Origin: Paragordius varius
Taxonomy: Eukaryota > Animalia > Nematomorpha
Reading direction: 5' to 3'
NCBI GenBank assembly: GCA_964247055.1
Contig: OZ176054.1
Span: forward strand, 2,852,001-2,916,000
DNA: 64,000 nucleotides
Part shown: positions 20,350 to 32,930 of the stretch, piece after piece
Position numbering within the stretch: the stretch's first letter is position 1
Layout: every line of letters begins with the position of its first letter
The notes under the pieces: model-generated
The model's database searches: none
What the model was told of the DNA's origin: nothing
Seen by the model: the letters and a program-made list of their open reading frames with translations, nothing else
Program-made: the position numbers and the translations under genes

Positions 20350-21031
20350 CACTGTGTGCCAAAAAATTTTAACAAAAAATTTTTTTTTATGAGATAGCTA
20401 AGACAAATTAATATTTTTATTGGGATTTGTACGGATTGTTGGTTGATATTCCACTACTTTAAAAATTTTTTTTACATGAATTATTTACTTAATAATTCGC
20501 ACTATTGTAAGATTCCAAAATAAAACAGTATAAACTTTTTGTACACTCATAAACCAGATGTCCAAAAAATGCGAAAATAAAAAACAATATTTTTGGTTTT
20601 ATTTTAATATATAAGTTTTTTTACTGAATAAAATATGAATGTAAAGATTTTAATAGTGAGTTATTAGTAAATAATTAAAAAACTATTTTAATATTTTATT
20701 AAAAAATTTTGTCTTATAAGTGCGTTAAAATAAAAACGCCATCTTTTGAGCTGAAATTTTATAGAAACCATAACTATATGATTTTAGGCTATTTATATAT
20801 TTAAAATATATACTAAGATGATAAAATTAACCATAATATATCAAATTTTATCATTTTTTGAATTATACTTGATTATCCTTTCACTTTGTGCCAGATTTTC
20901 TTTTAATATTTCAAAAACTAGGTTGTCAACAAATAAAATTTTTTGCGACAAATGAATACGCTGGTCATAAGCTATCTCATGAAAAAAAAATTTTTGTTAA
21001 AAAAAATAACCCTCTTTTTTTGCACACAGTG
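20350..21031. mobile_element. ~680-bp non-autonomous element with long imperfect TIRs
   Basis: Left end CACTGTGTGCCAAAAAA..TTAACAAAAAATTTTTTTTATGAGATAGCT mirrors right end AGCTATCTCATGAAAAAAAAATTTTTGTTAA..TTTTTTGCACACAGTG. The right end is followed by TA; the left flank reads AT, so the TSD is imperfect. Confidence 0.7.
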
Positions 21032-21644
21032 TAAGGGACAAGCGTAGCTAGAGAGAGGAAAGGGGGCTGAGACACCGGATTTTATAAAAAAAATACCAAT
21101 TATGAATGGTCTCGTGTCAACGGTTTGAATTTTTTTATAAAATAATCGCATGGAGAGGAGGGGGCGCCCTCAAGGATCACCAGAAATGCAAGTTACGCCT
21201 CTGTACTTACGCGTAAAATATTTGTGCATTCATAAATTATCAGTAATTTGTATAATCCATGAATTTAATACAAATTAATAATAAAAAATTCTCATAAACC
21301 TCAACCCAATCAATCCCTTAAAAATTAATTCTTGCAATTTCATCATTCTTATTACAAAGTATTTATATGACGAGTGTCCCAATTAGTTAATTTAAACAGA
21401 CCCATAATGATTTTTTATTTTTTAAATCTGTTTTATTTAACTTTAATTAATCAACAAAAAGTCATTGAACGAGCGTGTGACGCAAGTCATCTCGACCCCA
21501 AAAAATCTTTATTGATTGATGAAAAATTGATTTTTAAGCAAACTAAATTCTATATTCGATAAGCAGCCTGAAACCAGAGATGTTTGGTCAAAAAGAATTT
21601 ATTGCTATACTAATTCAGATTTTAAAATCATCAATACAAAACCT

Positions 21645-21680
<36 letters not shown>

Positions 21681-24600
21681 AAAAAACCCCCCAAACTTAG
21701 TTATAACTAAATGTTTTTAACTATTTTAATTGCCAAAAAACTAAAATACGAATTTATCATTCACTATAACTAACATCTAAATTTAAATTCATTCTCTTTT
21801 CCAAAAAACACCTATAAATAATTAATTGTTTTTTACCGATTAAATTTTAATACAATATATATAGATTACCTGACGTCATTCAGAATATCGTGCTTGGCGT
21901 TCTTTTCAAATAAATTATTAATAAACAAGATTAGACATCAAATTAAATTAAGTTTCAAACAATGAGAATAATACATTTTCAATTATTTTGTGCTGCTTTA
22001 AATGGAATCGAATCAAATCGAATCGAATTTTTTGATAGCAATATTTTAATATTTGCGTAGTATATATATTCTAAAAATAAGCATAAAAAATGTTTTCGTA
22101 GTATATAGTAGATAGAGATAGAGAAGGCTATATAAACGGGTGGGTGACCTGTTTAGTTATACAAACACGATGAAAAACAATTTTTTTTTTTGGTATGTAT
22201 GTAGATGAAAAACGAAAGGGGTTAATATATATAAATATATATGGATATATACTATTTTATATGATAAAAATATTATAGATGACATATATGGTGACCGTTT
22301 TTTTCTTCCAATGTCATTGTGAAAGAATTTGCCGCGGTAAATACATTATAAAATTATTATTGCAAAGTTATTATTAGACTTTAAACGATAATTATTAATT
22401 ATTAAATATATTTCGATATAATAATAATGAATTAATTTAGTAACATTTTGTGTGCGAAAAAAAAACAAAAATATATGTATAATTGATTTTTCAATATCGT
22501 TAAAAACACGTACGTAGTAGCATGTATGTTTTTTTTGGCCCAATCAATAACAAAAAATAAGAAGTATATAAATAGTTTTTTTGCATTATAAATGCAAAAT
22601 CAAAATATGCAAAATCATGGTATATCTTCTTCTATTCCATTCCATTACGATACGATAATGATTATTGTTAAATATATAAATTTTTTTAAAGAGGGTTAGT
22701 TGAACATATTTTTAGTATTTGCAAATCACATCCGCAAATTAGTTTGATGTGAAGGACGTTTAGAATTATTTCAATATGACCTTGACATAAAAATGTTGCT
22801 TCAATATTAAGTTTTTAAATTTAAAACCTTAAAAAAATATTTATAACAATTGTGATTGCACCAAATACTATATTTTCTAAATAATTAAGTAATTTAATAG
22901 AAAACCTATTACCTATCTCAATTAGAACAATTTTCGAAAATGACTTTACGGTGGATAGCTTAATTAATAACCCTTAAAAGTCAAAAAATTTTTGTTAACT
23001 ATTTTATTCGCCAAAATTAGAGTTTTTATTATTTCCATAAACTTCAATTCTAAAAATAAATATAACCTTATGCTATTGTATTTAATAGCTTAGCCATATA
23101 TTTTCCTTCCTCATTAAGTTAATTTACGGTATGTGTATAAAATAGCACAAACTAAATATAGCATGATATGTGGACTTTGACTTGAAAATAATTTTTAATG
23201 GGTTTGAAAGAAAAAAGCACATTAAAAATATATTTTATTTTTTATATCGTATTAAACTGCCATTGAAAATCATTTTTAAATATTTTATATTAGATAGATT
23301 AATTATGGAAAATATTCAGTTCCAACCGCAGTGCTTTAATTGAAATAACCGCGGTGATTAATTAATCAATAAATATCTAGAATTTGCCTACAAAGCATTG
23401 TATTAAAAAATCAAAATGGAATAACTTTTAAAACAAATTAAAAATATATTACTAAATATGGAATTTGAGTTAATAAAGAATGAATTAAAATTTAATTAAA
23501 CAAATTGGATACAAAAATAACTCTTAAATATCATCATGACACTTTGTATTTTGATCGATCCATATTTTTATACACTCTGAATCAGGGATTACACGTAGTT
23601 AATATTAAGATTAAAAATGCAAAATATATATATTTTGTTTAAATTCATAAATGGGTCTGACCTTCATTTAAAGCCAACAGTTTTTAGAGAAAATACTAAT
23701 CGGTTTTAACGGTTCTAATTGTAAGGAGCCAAGCACAGCTTGGGAGTTTAAGTCCCATACTTTCCCAGCCTTCGTTACGCAGTTTAAATTTTATTAATTT
23801 TAGAAGAAAGGAGTTTTACGCAATACAAAGTTATGTGCAACTCTTAAATTTTAATTTACCTTATATATCAAACAGAGACAACCGTCCATTTCATGACAAA
23901 TATTTGAAAAGTTTTAAACAATTTTTAACATAAATATTGATATAGTACATACATTGGGTGCAGTTAAAGTTTTGCGGGGACTTTTTTAGATGTTGACCCA
24001 TTGTTACCCTATAATATGGAAAATTTAATTTTTTTAATGCAAAAACATGTGATCGTTTTGGCAATTTTGATTGATAGTCTTTAAACCTTGTTTTATTCGT
24101 CTGCCAAAATTATTATTACTTTTAGCCATTATTGTATATAAATATTTGAATCAAATTCTGAAAGTTTTTACCCACGATAAAGTAAATTTAATCGATTGAT
24201 AGTTTTTAGATTAAATCATTATAATTGTAATATTAATAATTTTAAACTTTGGCCATCACCGTTGAAAATAATGCCATATTGTCTAACGGTTGTATTATAC
24301 GGGTATTACGAAGGAATTTGTATGACTCATATATTTGAGAAATAAATATTCAAACAAAACGGATATCATTTTAATAAAATATGTAATTTGAATTTAATTT
24401 GTAATTTTTTACTCTTATTTTTTTGTCTATTTTTATAAATGGAATCTTTTTCATTTTTTGTTACTTATAGCCTTAAGGGTAAAATAGCAAAAGCATCAAA
24501 CCCGTGCAAATTTTCCAGCATATGCGGGAGAAATCAAACACTTACGGTTTATTGCATTTTCATGCTATTTAAATATATGACTCTTTTTTGTAAAATTTTG

Positions 24601-25130
24601 ACTGTACATTTACATATTCAGGGTAAATGTTCAGTAATTTCATTATTTTGACACACTTCGAATACTACGTTTACCGAGATGAATGTTAAAAATATATAAA
24701 CTACTGGGTTAAATTCGTTTTTATGCTGTATAAGCAAAGCAAATATCAATGTGGTAATATTTCAAAATTAAGTTTCAAACAATTAATTTTTAAAATTACA
24801 ATGAATATATTTGGAAAATGAATAGTGATTTCAAGTTTTAAAACGTTTTGAAATTAACCATTTTCAAAGAGTACACCTATGTTTGTTGACATAACACGAT
24901 GTATAAATAAAACGGAGAAAATTATATTTAAAAAATTTAAACTTATCATTATATTATACAAACTGATAATAACTGTAACTACTGAAAGTTTAATTTGTAA
25001 TTTTTATTATAATAACATTTAATACAAGTCATCCACACATATTACTAATTGGGGGAAACGACGACCCTCTTTGAGATAAAATAATTTATAAATAAGGAGT
25101 GTAATGAAGCAATCCCAAAAATATACACTA

Positions 25131-26115
25131 AAGTATAAATTTAAATTATACGGAGAAAACGTGAAAATATAAAGACAAATATTTTTCAAAAGACAACCAT
25201 ACTTTAAATCTTTATTTTTATGATATACTCGTGCTGCTACGCAGCCCGAGGAAGTCCTTCGGACTTCTGGGGGGGGGGGGGGGGGGGGAGGGGGGGTTCG
25301 AAGTTTGGATTTGAATGGGTATAACGTTTTTCCTGTAGATCACAAAGCCAGCATTTTCCATTTTTATAAATATATAGATTACCATAAATAATGTTTTAAT
25401 ATCCATATATCTTTTAACATGCTATACATATGATAGATACTCCTTACTCAGCAGCTATCATCAAAGAAACGCCTGACTAAAATTTTTGCCTTTTAACAGG
25501 GTATACGTGGAATCTTTATTGAATTTTTACGGTCTCATACCTAGGGCGAAAAATCGATTTAAAAAATTATTTTTGTGGACTTTGTTTTTTGAAAAAAATG
25601 GCATTTTACGGGGGGAGCGGGTAAAAGAGGGCCTAAATCAAAAAAGTGGCTCGGCTATGTTCAGCGCAATCGAAAATAAGTAAACAAAAATTATATTTAA
25701 AATTGAATGGTCCAACACGTTCTCCGGAAAATTGTCTCAAAGACACGATTTTTGTGGACTTCTGTTTTCAAAAAAAACCGTTTTTCATACGGGGTGGGCC
25801 CGAACTGGGGGCCTATTTCAAAAAAAGGGCGAAGCTATTGTCGGGACATTTATTAATGATTATATTTTTTCGATATTTGGATTTGATTGGGTCTACCGGT
25901 TTTCCTGTACCAGATCACAAAGCTAGCATTTTCCATTTTTATAAATATATAGATAACTGATAGAGATCTAAATTCATAACATAAATACTTATGTATTTTT
26001 CGATTGTAATTAAATGATTTTTATAGGATAAATTATAAAGTTTTAAAGTATGGTTGTTTTTTGTAAATAAAATCTTTAAATTTTTTCGTTTATCCGTATA
26101 ATTTCATTTTTACTG
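25131..26115. mobile_element. Copy of the CAGTAAA-TIR MITE family carrying a ~700-bp GC-richer internal insert
   Basis: Left arm aaattatacggagaaaacgtgaaaatataaagacaaat..aaaagacaaccat (~25143-25200) and right arm tatccgtataatttcatttttactg|ta (to 26115) match the 12253 and 34495 copies, but the ends are ~985 bp apart instead of ~280 bp. Confidence 0.65.
25269..25296 (+). repeat. Poly-G tract (G20-A-G7)
   Basis: Read directly from the sequence. Confidence 0.95.
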
Positions 26116-26494
26116 TATCTCAAGCAAAAATTAAATAGTTTATGGCTTAGTAAGTTATACAACTGTATTACTTGAATAAATTTTAAATTTAGGCCGTATA
26201 ATATAGACAACAAATTATACAAGATAAAAATCGTTAACTTGTTTCACTCTTAAGTTAATATACAGATTTATGTTTTAAAATAATAAATAGTATAAAAGCT
26301 TAGACTAACATTAAAACTTTTCAAACATGTATAAAAGTGCCCTAGATAAAAGCTTTGCGGTCAAATGTTAATTACCATAATTTATTTGGCCTTATAATAA
26401 AAATACTGTACAATTTGCGCATAACCATTATTTTTCCGTTGAAATTAAAATTATCGATATAATTTTTTATTCAATAATCACATTAGTGTAGGTA

Positions 26495-29400
26495 TTATTC
26501 AGCTTTAACATTTACAATTTTCGGATATATAACTAATTTTTCAGCGTTAAAACTATAAACGCTATCATTGACAACAATACATTGTTCTGTGGTGTTCGAA
26601 TGGTTATCCAGCGGTTTTATTTGCAAATATCCAAATTCATCTAATCCCAATATTTCACATTTCACTGGTGCGGAATCTAATTTCTCCTTAAAGTGTATGA
26701 GTTGGCCTCTAAACACAATAATAAAAAATAAGCCAATGTAAAAAAAAGGTAAAATATGTATAAAAAGAAAATGCATCCAAGTTTTTTTGCTATATAGAAC
26801 CGGAAAGAAAAGTATTATGAAGAGAACAAACAATTATCGAATCCCCTTAATTTTTTTATAAGTCAAAATTGTTTTAAAATCGGGATTACGAAATATGTAA
26901 TTGATGGTCCACGTATGTAAAAGACAAATGGCTTCGCGGGCCGCATTTGAAATATATGGGCTTTAATTAATATATTATTAGTTTACACACATAAAAAAGT
27001 GTAAAAAAGCATCAAACACAATATAACACTTTTTTCTTGTTCGTTGCCAATCGCATGAATAATTAATTAAAAAATTTGTTTAATAATTATCAATTATTTT
27101 GCTAATGACGGGCCGCACATATAATTAGGGGGATCGCATGTGCTCTGTGTGTACACCCTTCTTAAAAACAATATTAAACTTAATTAAATATAAAATATTA
27201 ACAGTGGTGTATACTTGTTTAATTGCGACATGATAAAAAAACTTTGGATTATAGCTTAATCCCTTATTTTTATAATTATTGTATTTTTAGCATATAATTT
27301 ATAAATTTGTGATCCATCAATACAGTTTTTAGCAAAATCAATAAATGCCCATATATGAAAAAATTTACTTATAATTTATCCAAAACTTTTCATATTCGCT
27401 TTTTATTTCGGATAAAATTTTTTGATGGTTATAATTAGTTGTCATGGCGTCCACATCTTTTCCAATCAATTTAAAGTATAGATTTTCAAACCGATTACAA
27501 AAATGGGCTAAAAAAGTTTCTTTTTCAACCAAAGTTAAATGATGAGATGTCGCTACATCTTTGAGACATACAGTTGGTTTTGTGTTTGTATAGTTCATCC
27601 CAAAGGCTATTATGTAAGGCATAAATTTAAAAACAAATTCTATATGACTCAAAACTTCCCATTTTAAATTTTTTACCTTGTTAACACACCATTACCTTTT
27701 GGGTGTAGTTTTATATTTCACAGCCATAAATTTGAATATGTTAAAAAGTATTTAGGGTATTAAGTCGAATATAAAAATATGCTTTTTTTAGCTTTTTAGG
27801 CGCATTACTATACAAGAAAAACATTTTAAAAAATGTAAAATAAAAAATGCTCATATCAAACTTTTTCGCCACCATTTTTTTCGCTAATTTTTTTATATCG
27901 CTAATGCAACCGGTAAATAAATAAATGTTTATGGTTACATAACGTAAATAATTAACTATAAAAAGCTTTCATGCTTTGATATATTTTTATTTCAATATGA
28001 GCAGTTCGTTTCAATTGCTGTCCCAATTTTAGACTATGGAAGTCACAAAACTGTAAAAAATATATGCTTTTTTATCTAAAACATGAGAACAATGTTAGAT
28101 AATTAAATTTAACTAAAATATAATTTTTGAAGCGGTAGCTTATTACAAGATTAAGCCCTGGATTATAAAATTACCCCAAATAGTAAACTAGGACAAAAAA
28201 GTGAAAAGATAATGAAGTGTTGATAATTTATAATTTTTTTAAAAAATAATTTATTTAAGGCAAAAAAAATTGTGTAAAGCCACAACAAAAAATTTAAATC
28301 TTTTAATATTTTTGATCGGTAAAAACACTAAATTTGCAATTATAAGAATTTACATTTTAAATAATAATAATAAAATGGAGAGTTAATGAATTTTTATGGT
28401 AAATTTGGGCAGTGTTTTGTGCCTTTTTATATAGTTTTAAAGGTGTTTAAAAATAGTGTAATCATAAACTTTAACCCAACATGCTAAAAATATTAACAGG
28501 TTAAAATAAAGGGGAAAAGCCCACAAAAAATCATACTTTACATTTTTAAACTTAGAATTACTTTTTATTATAATTCAAATTTCGTGACTTAATCAAATCT
28601 ATTTTTGTCAAAAAACACGATAGCCCGAAAATTCCGAATATTAAATTAATAAATATTGCTATCTATTACTCTGAAAATGGTATTTTTAACACTTGGATAC
28701 AACTTTTTCTTTTCAGTCCTTCGATTCAAATCGGGATCATTGGATACCCCAGGCTGGTTTAAAATTGAATATTTCAAAAAATAGGCAATAAATTGAACCC
28801 AGGTAAAAGTTTGCACTTATATAACAATAATAAACCGAAAAATAAAAAAATTCATTCAAAAATACTTGATATATTATTTGCGCTTCATGAATTAGCTTGA
28901 ACACTTCAAGTTATTCTTTGAACATTTCAAGTTGGTCCTTTAACTTTTTTGTTTTGTTTTTACCTTTATCAATCAAATCGTATATCTTTCATCTATTTTA
29001 TAATTTTTAACCTATTTTCTATCTTTAACATAATTTTAGATCAATGTCGATTCTATTCAAAAACTGTATATCTTTATAAACTTCTTTAAAATTATTTTAT
29101 ATATTTATAAAATTTAAACGGGTATATAAAAAATATATTAGTTTTCTGTGGTAATATTTACAATTTTTATAAAAAATTGAAACCAAAAAAAATGTTTTTA
29201 AAATTTTTGAATGAATAAATATATAATAAATAAAGAAAATTAAGTTAAATAATAATAAAATAAAAAAATAAATGCAAAAATTATGGTTAAATTAAAACTT
29301 AAAAATTTTAAGGACCAACAAGAAGTGTTCAAGGACAATTTTTGAAGTACAAATGGTATATTACTTATTCAAAGGTAAGAATTAAAGGTAAAAATTTAGC

Positions 29401-30786
29401 CAATGTGACATGTGTGCAAAGCTAAATATATAAATAATGCAAAATATACCAGTTTTTCTGTTTATAATAATGTTAAATGTAATTCAAATTAAGCTTAATT
29501 TTAGGCTTAGAATTAAACAAACACGATATTTTGCAAAAATGTTGTAAAATAAAAATGGCGTCGAAGTAGTTTGATATGGAACTTTTTATAAAACTAAATT
29601 TTATGTAGATTTCTAGTATTAAAAATATGAACTAAATATTGTCTGGGGTATTTAGATACCCCATTTTGAATCATAGATTTAGAGAGTAACAAAGAATAGC
29701 TAGCAAAAAATACTTTTATGTTTTGAAGGAATATAGAATATGTTAGAAAATAATTTAAAGCAATATTCCTTACATATAATTAGGTGAATCCGTGGTTTAG
29801 GCAAAGTTTGGACATCTAAAACTTTAACGAGTATGCCAGCAATTTTAACCAAACTAAAATCGCCATTTTTGTCAACGTTTTGTTTAATGACGACATCATT
29901 GGGCCATTTGATGAAAAATATGTTTGATACTATGGTGTTTGCACCCTATAAGATATTATTCGTATATTTTGGGCTATCTATGTTTAAAATGGATTTCAAA
30001 ATTAAAGACAGTCAAACCCCATTTTAAAAAAAAACAACAGTACGGCTTGAAAAAATATAATTTAAAACAAATAATTAACAATATAACGGGATGGTTAATA
30101 TGTTATGAAATACCGTATACACACAACTTAAATATTCTGCAACACTAATCCATCTTTATAAAATATTTGATCTAAAATCTACTTATTATCAAATATAATT
30201 GTAAAAAAGTTAAAGTTTCATTGATAGCTTTTGGGGAAATAAAACAAAAAAACGGTAACAATATTTACGTTTTTTAGATATGTATCGTTTTGGAGCGTTT
30301 GAATTAAAGCTATTGCAACAATATGTTGTATCCAACATGCAATTTGTATTGGCTTAAATCCTTCATCCAAATCAATACAGTTTAAATTTAAACTAACACT
30401 CAGACTTCCAGGTGGACTTTCCCATTTCGAATTCGATCGTCCTAAAAAAATATATAATTTAACAACCTACCGCGTTAAGGCACTGATTTGCCAAAAGTAA
30501 ATAATCAATATGAGAATAGTTTTTGGCCCTAAATCGTTATAATTCCGTTACTCATCAATAAAATCAAATGTTGATGATATTTGGTTGAAATAAATAAAAT
30601 TTTGTCCAATAAATTTTGTTTTTAATTTTGAATAATAATTTTTAAATAGCTCGTCTGAAGAATCAAATTTCAAGTCAAACTTGGCCGATTCAAAGGTTAA
30701 CAAATTTTTGTGATTCTAAACATTATTAAATCATAAAATCTTACAAAAAATGCTGCAAATCCCATAAATTTTTTTAAATTTGCCAT
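26495..30786 (-). CDS. HLCS: Biotin-protein ligase / holocarboxylase synthetase, short form (~354 aa)
   Basis: Modelled exons 30786-30745, 30715-30552, 30528-30467, 30441-30269, 29945-29774, 27606-27369, 26708-26495 (1065 nt, in frame). Motifs: YYSKLKTKFIGQNFIYFNQISST, GRSNSKWESPPG, IKWPND, KIAGILV, FGMN, ILGLDEFGYLQI. The first three introns are only 29, 23 and 25 nt; the first exon is not supported by homology. Confidence 0.88.
26905..27160. mobile_element. Small hAT-derived remnant in a biotin-ligase intron
   Basis: GC-rich GCGGGCCGCA and ACGGGCCGCA subterminal-type motifs (~26935, ~27110) and a degenerate end (tgtacacccttc) resembling the 54417 element TIR. No clean TSD. Confidence 0.35.
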
Positions 30787-31235
30787 GCGCCAATATATTT
30801 TAGGTAAATTGACATCTGTTACTTTTTACAGTAAAACTAGATATATGGGTGACGATTTTCAATAGTTATTTTTATATATTCTAATATAGAGCATCTGATA
30901 AGAAATAAACATCTATGTGCGCTTGCTTCTTAAGTTTTTCGTTTAATTGAATAATTAAAATATTTTACGGAAGATTTATGATAATTTTATTTTTTTAGGT
31001 TTTCACCTTTTGTTTGTTTTTATGAGCGTTTACCTGATATTTAATAGAAAAATAAAATAAAAACGATTGATTTTGCGTGTATGATAAACAAATATGTATT
31101 TATGCAAAAAAGGTATAGTTAAAACTGGCATAATCAATATTTTTTTTTGTTTGAAAAATATATCGAATGTAACAAGTCTATAAAAAGACATTTTTCAAAT
31201 AAAATTTAATTATACAAGATTTGCTCACATTATAA

Positions 31236-32930
31236 ATGACATACTTGTCAATAAACTACATTCCGGTCTCAGAGATCAAAAAATGCTTCCTTAGTCAGAT
31301 TCTCATTTTGTGGCAAATTGCTTTTTGCATGGAAGGCATAATATGTGCCCTCTTTGCAGGTTTAATCAACACTCAAAACACATTTGGTATCCCAGGCCCT
31401 CCGTTTTTAGAAGTATGTCATTACATTCTTAATTGATTCTCTTTTTAAAACGGGCCAATTTTAAGCAGTAAAATTTTAATGAATAAAAACATTAACTTTT
31501 ATGCACCATTAAAACTTAAAATTAGCCCCACCATATTTAATTTTTTTAATTTCCGCCTTGTAACAAGTCCAAATTTTATATTTTTTGACATCTGTCCACC
31601 CTGTCATCGATCTTGTACTTTTGGATTTTATTGGGCCTAAGGGCTTTTACACAACTTCTCTTTCTCAAAATAATATTATATATTTGATATATTTTGTTAA
31701 TTTTTTAATTTTAGTTTTTTATGCTAGGTAATAATTCAAATTTATTTAATATTTTTATGGCAGAGCAGTAACAATTATCTATTTTATAGTGAAATTCAAT
31801 GATTTATTACAAAGAGTAAATAATATAATAATGAAGGCAGTCTTTAAAATTTTTTCCAAAACCTATGGAAATATATTTGTCGATTTGATTATTAAGAAAC
31901 GGATAGGTGGTATGAAAGTTAGGAATTGTAAAAAAAAATTAGCAGTAATTTGTGTATTCTATTCTAATTAAATATTTTGAGTGATAAACGGACAAGATTT
32001 ATAAAATAGCTCAGAAAACGATATTTTCCACCGTACTTCACCCAAAAATACCGATTTTTTATAATAATTAAGTGAAAATGTCTATAAGGATGTTCGAGAA
32101 CGTTGAATAATAATGTATATTTAAAATGTTTAAGGGGGTGCATTTATATTATTGGAAAGGTCAAATAAAAACATGTCCAATATTTTTTATTCACAATTTG
32201 TTATTATCATTATTTATCATTATCCATATAGCCATCATACTCATGGAAAACTGTGCCATTTAACACTGCCAACGAAAATTACGCCAATATAGTGTGCAAT
32301 AATAAAAATAATAATATCATTTATACTTCAGACCTTATTGTATTAATTTTATTTATAATCATAACTATTCTACTATGTGCCAAATTGTATTATCATCTCC
32401 TGGAACTTTTTAGCATCCAAAAAATTAAAAGTTTATATCATAGTCGGTCTTCATCGTTACTAAAATTAAAAATGCCGACTGAAGCATATCCAACAATTCA
32501 AAATATGAGTTTTAAACATTTTTGTCAACAAAATTTGTTTTGGGATTTTTTGATTCCATCAGCTATCATAGTCATATCCTTACATTATATCTCAACTATT
32601 CGACTTTTGGAAAGGCAAACTAATTGTGACATTAAAAACAACATCCATTCTTCGTATACGAACATAGATTTATACGCTATAAAATTTCCAAATTTGAATT
32701 ATTTTTATTATGAAATTACGCAAACTGCATTAAAAACCCTTGGCTCAAACAATATTACATTCCATAAAAATACATCTTTGTTGCCATATTGTTTATCTTA
32801 TCTAACACTTTTAGTATTTATTTCACCAATTTTTGCGACAATTGTCGCATTATCTACCATATGGTTTTTAAATTTATCCAAAAAATTTAGGGAACAATAC
32901 TCAGCCGCTGCAAAAATATACCACATTTAA
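31236..32930 (+). CDS. Uncharacterised multipass membrane protein (~291 aa), possibly a highly diverged GPCR-like receptor
   Basis: Exon 31236-31412 (ATG after TAA, ends GAA|GTATGT) joins in phase 0 to exon 32232-32930 (ATATAG| acceptor, 232 codons, TAA). It has four to five long hydrophobic segments, and the last is followed by LSKKFRE (helix-8-like). No family motif was recognised. Confidence 0.5.

Noticed and set aside
21871-21878. Perfect CRE palindrome TGACGTCA ~1.7 kb upstream of the class B receptor
   Set aside because: A rough base-composition estimate gives about 0.3 chance hits per 64 kb, and there is no supporting context.
30442-30470. Stronger-looking donor GTAGGT (29-nt intron) in the biotin ligase
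   Set aside because: It is a phase-0 donor against a phase-1 acceptor and leads to a stop within 14 codons; the donor 4 nt downstream preserves the frame.
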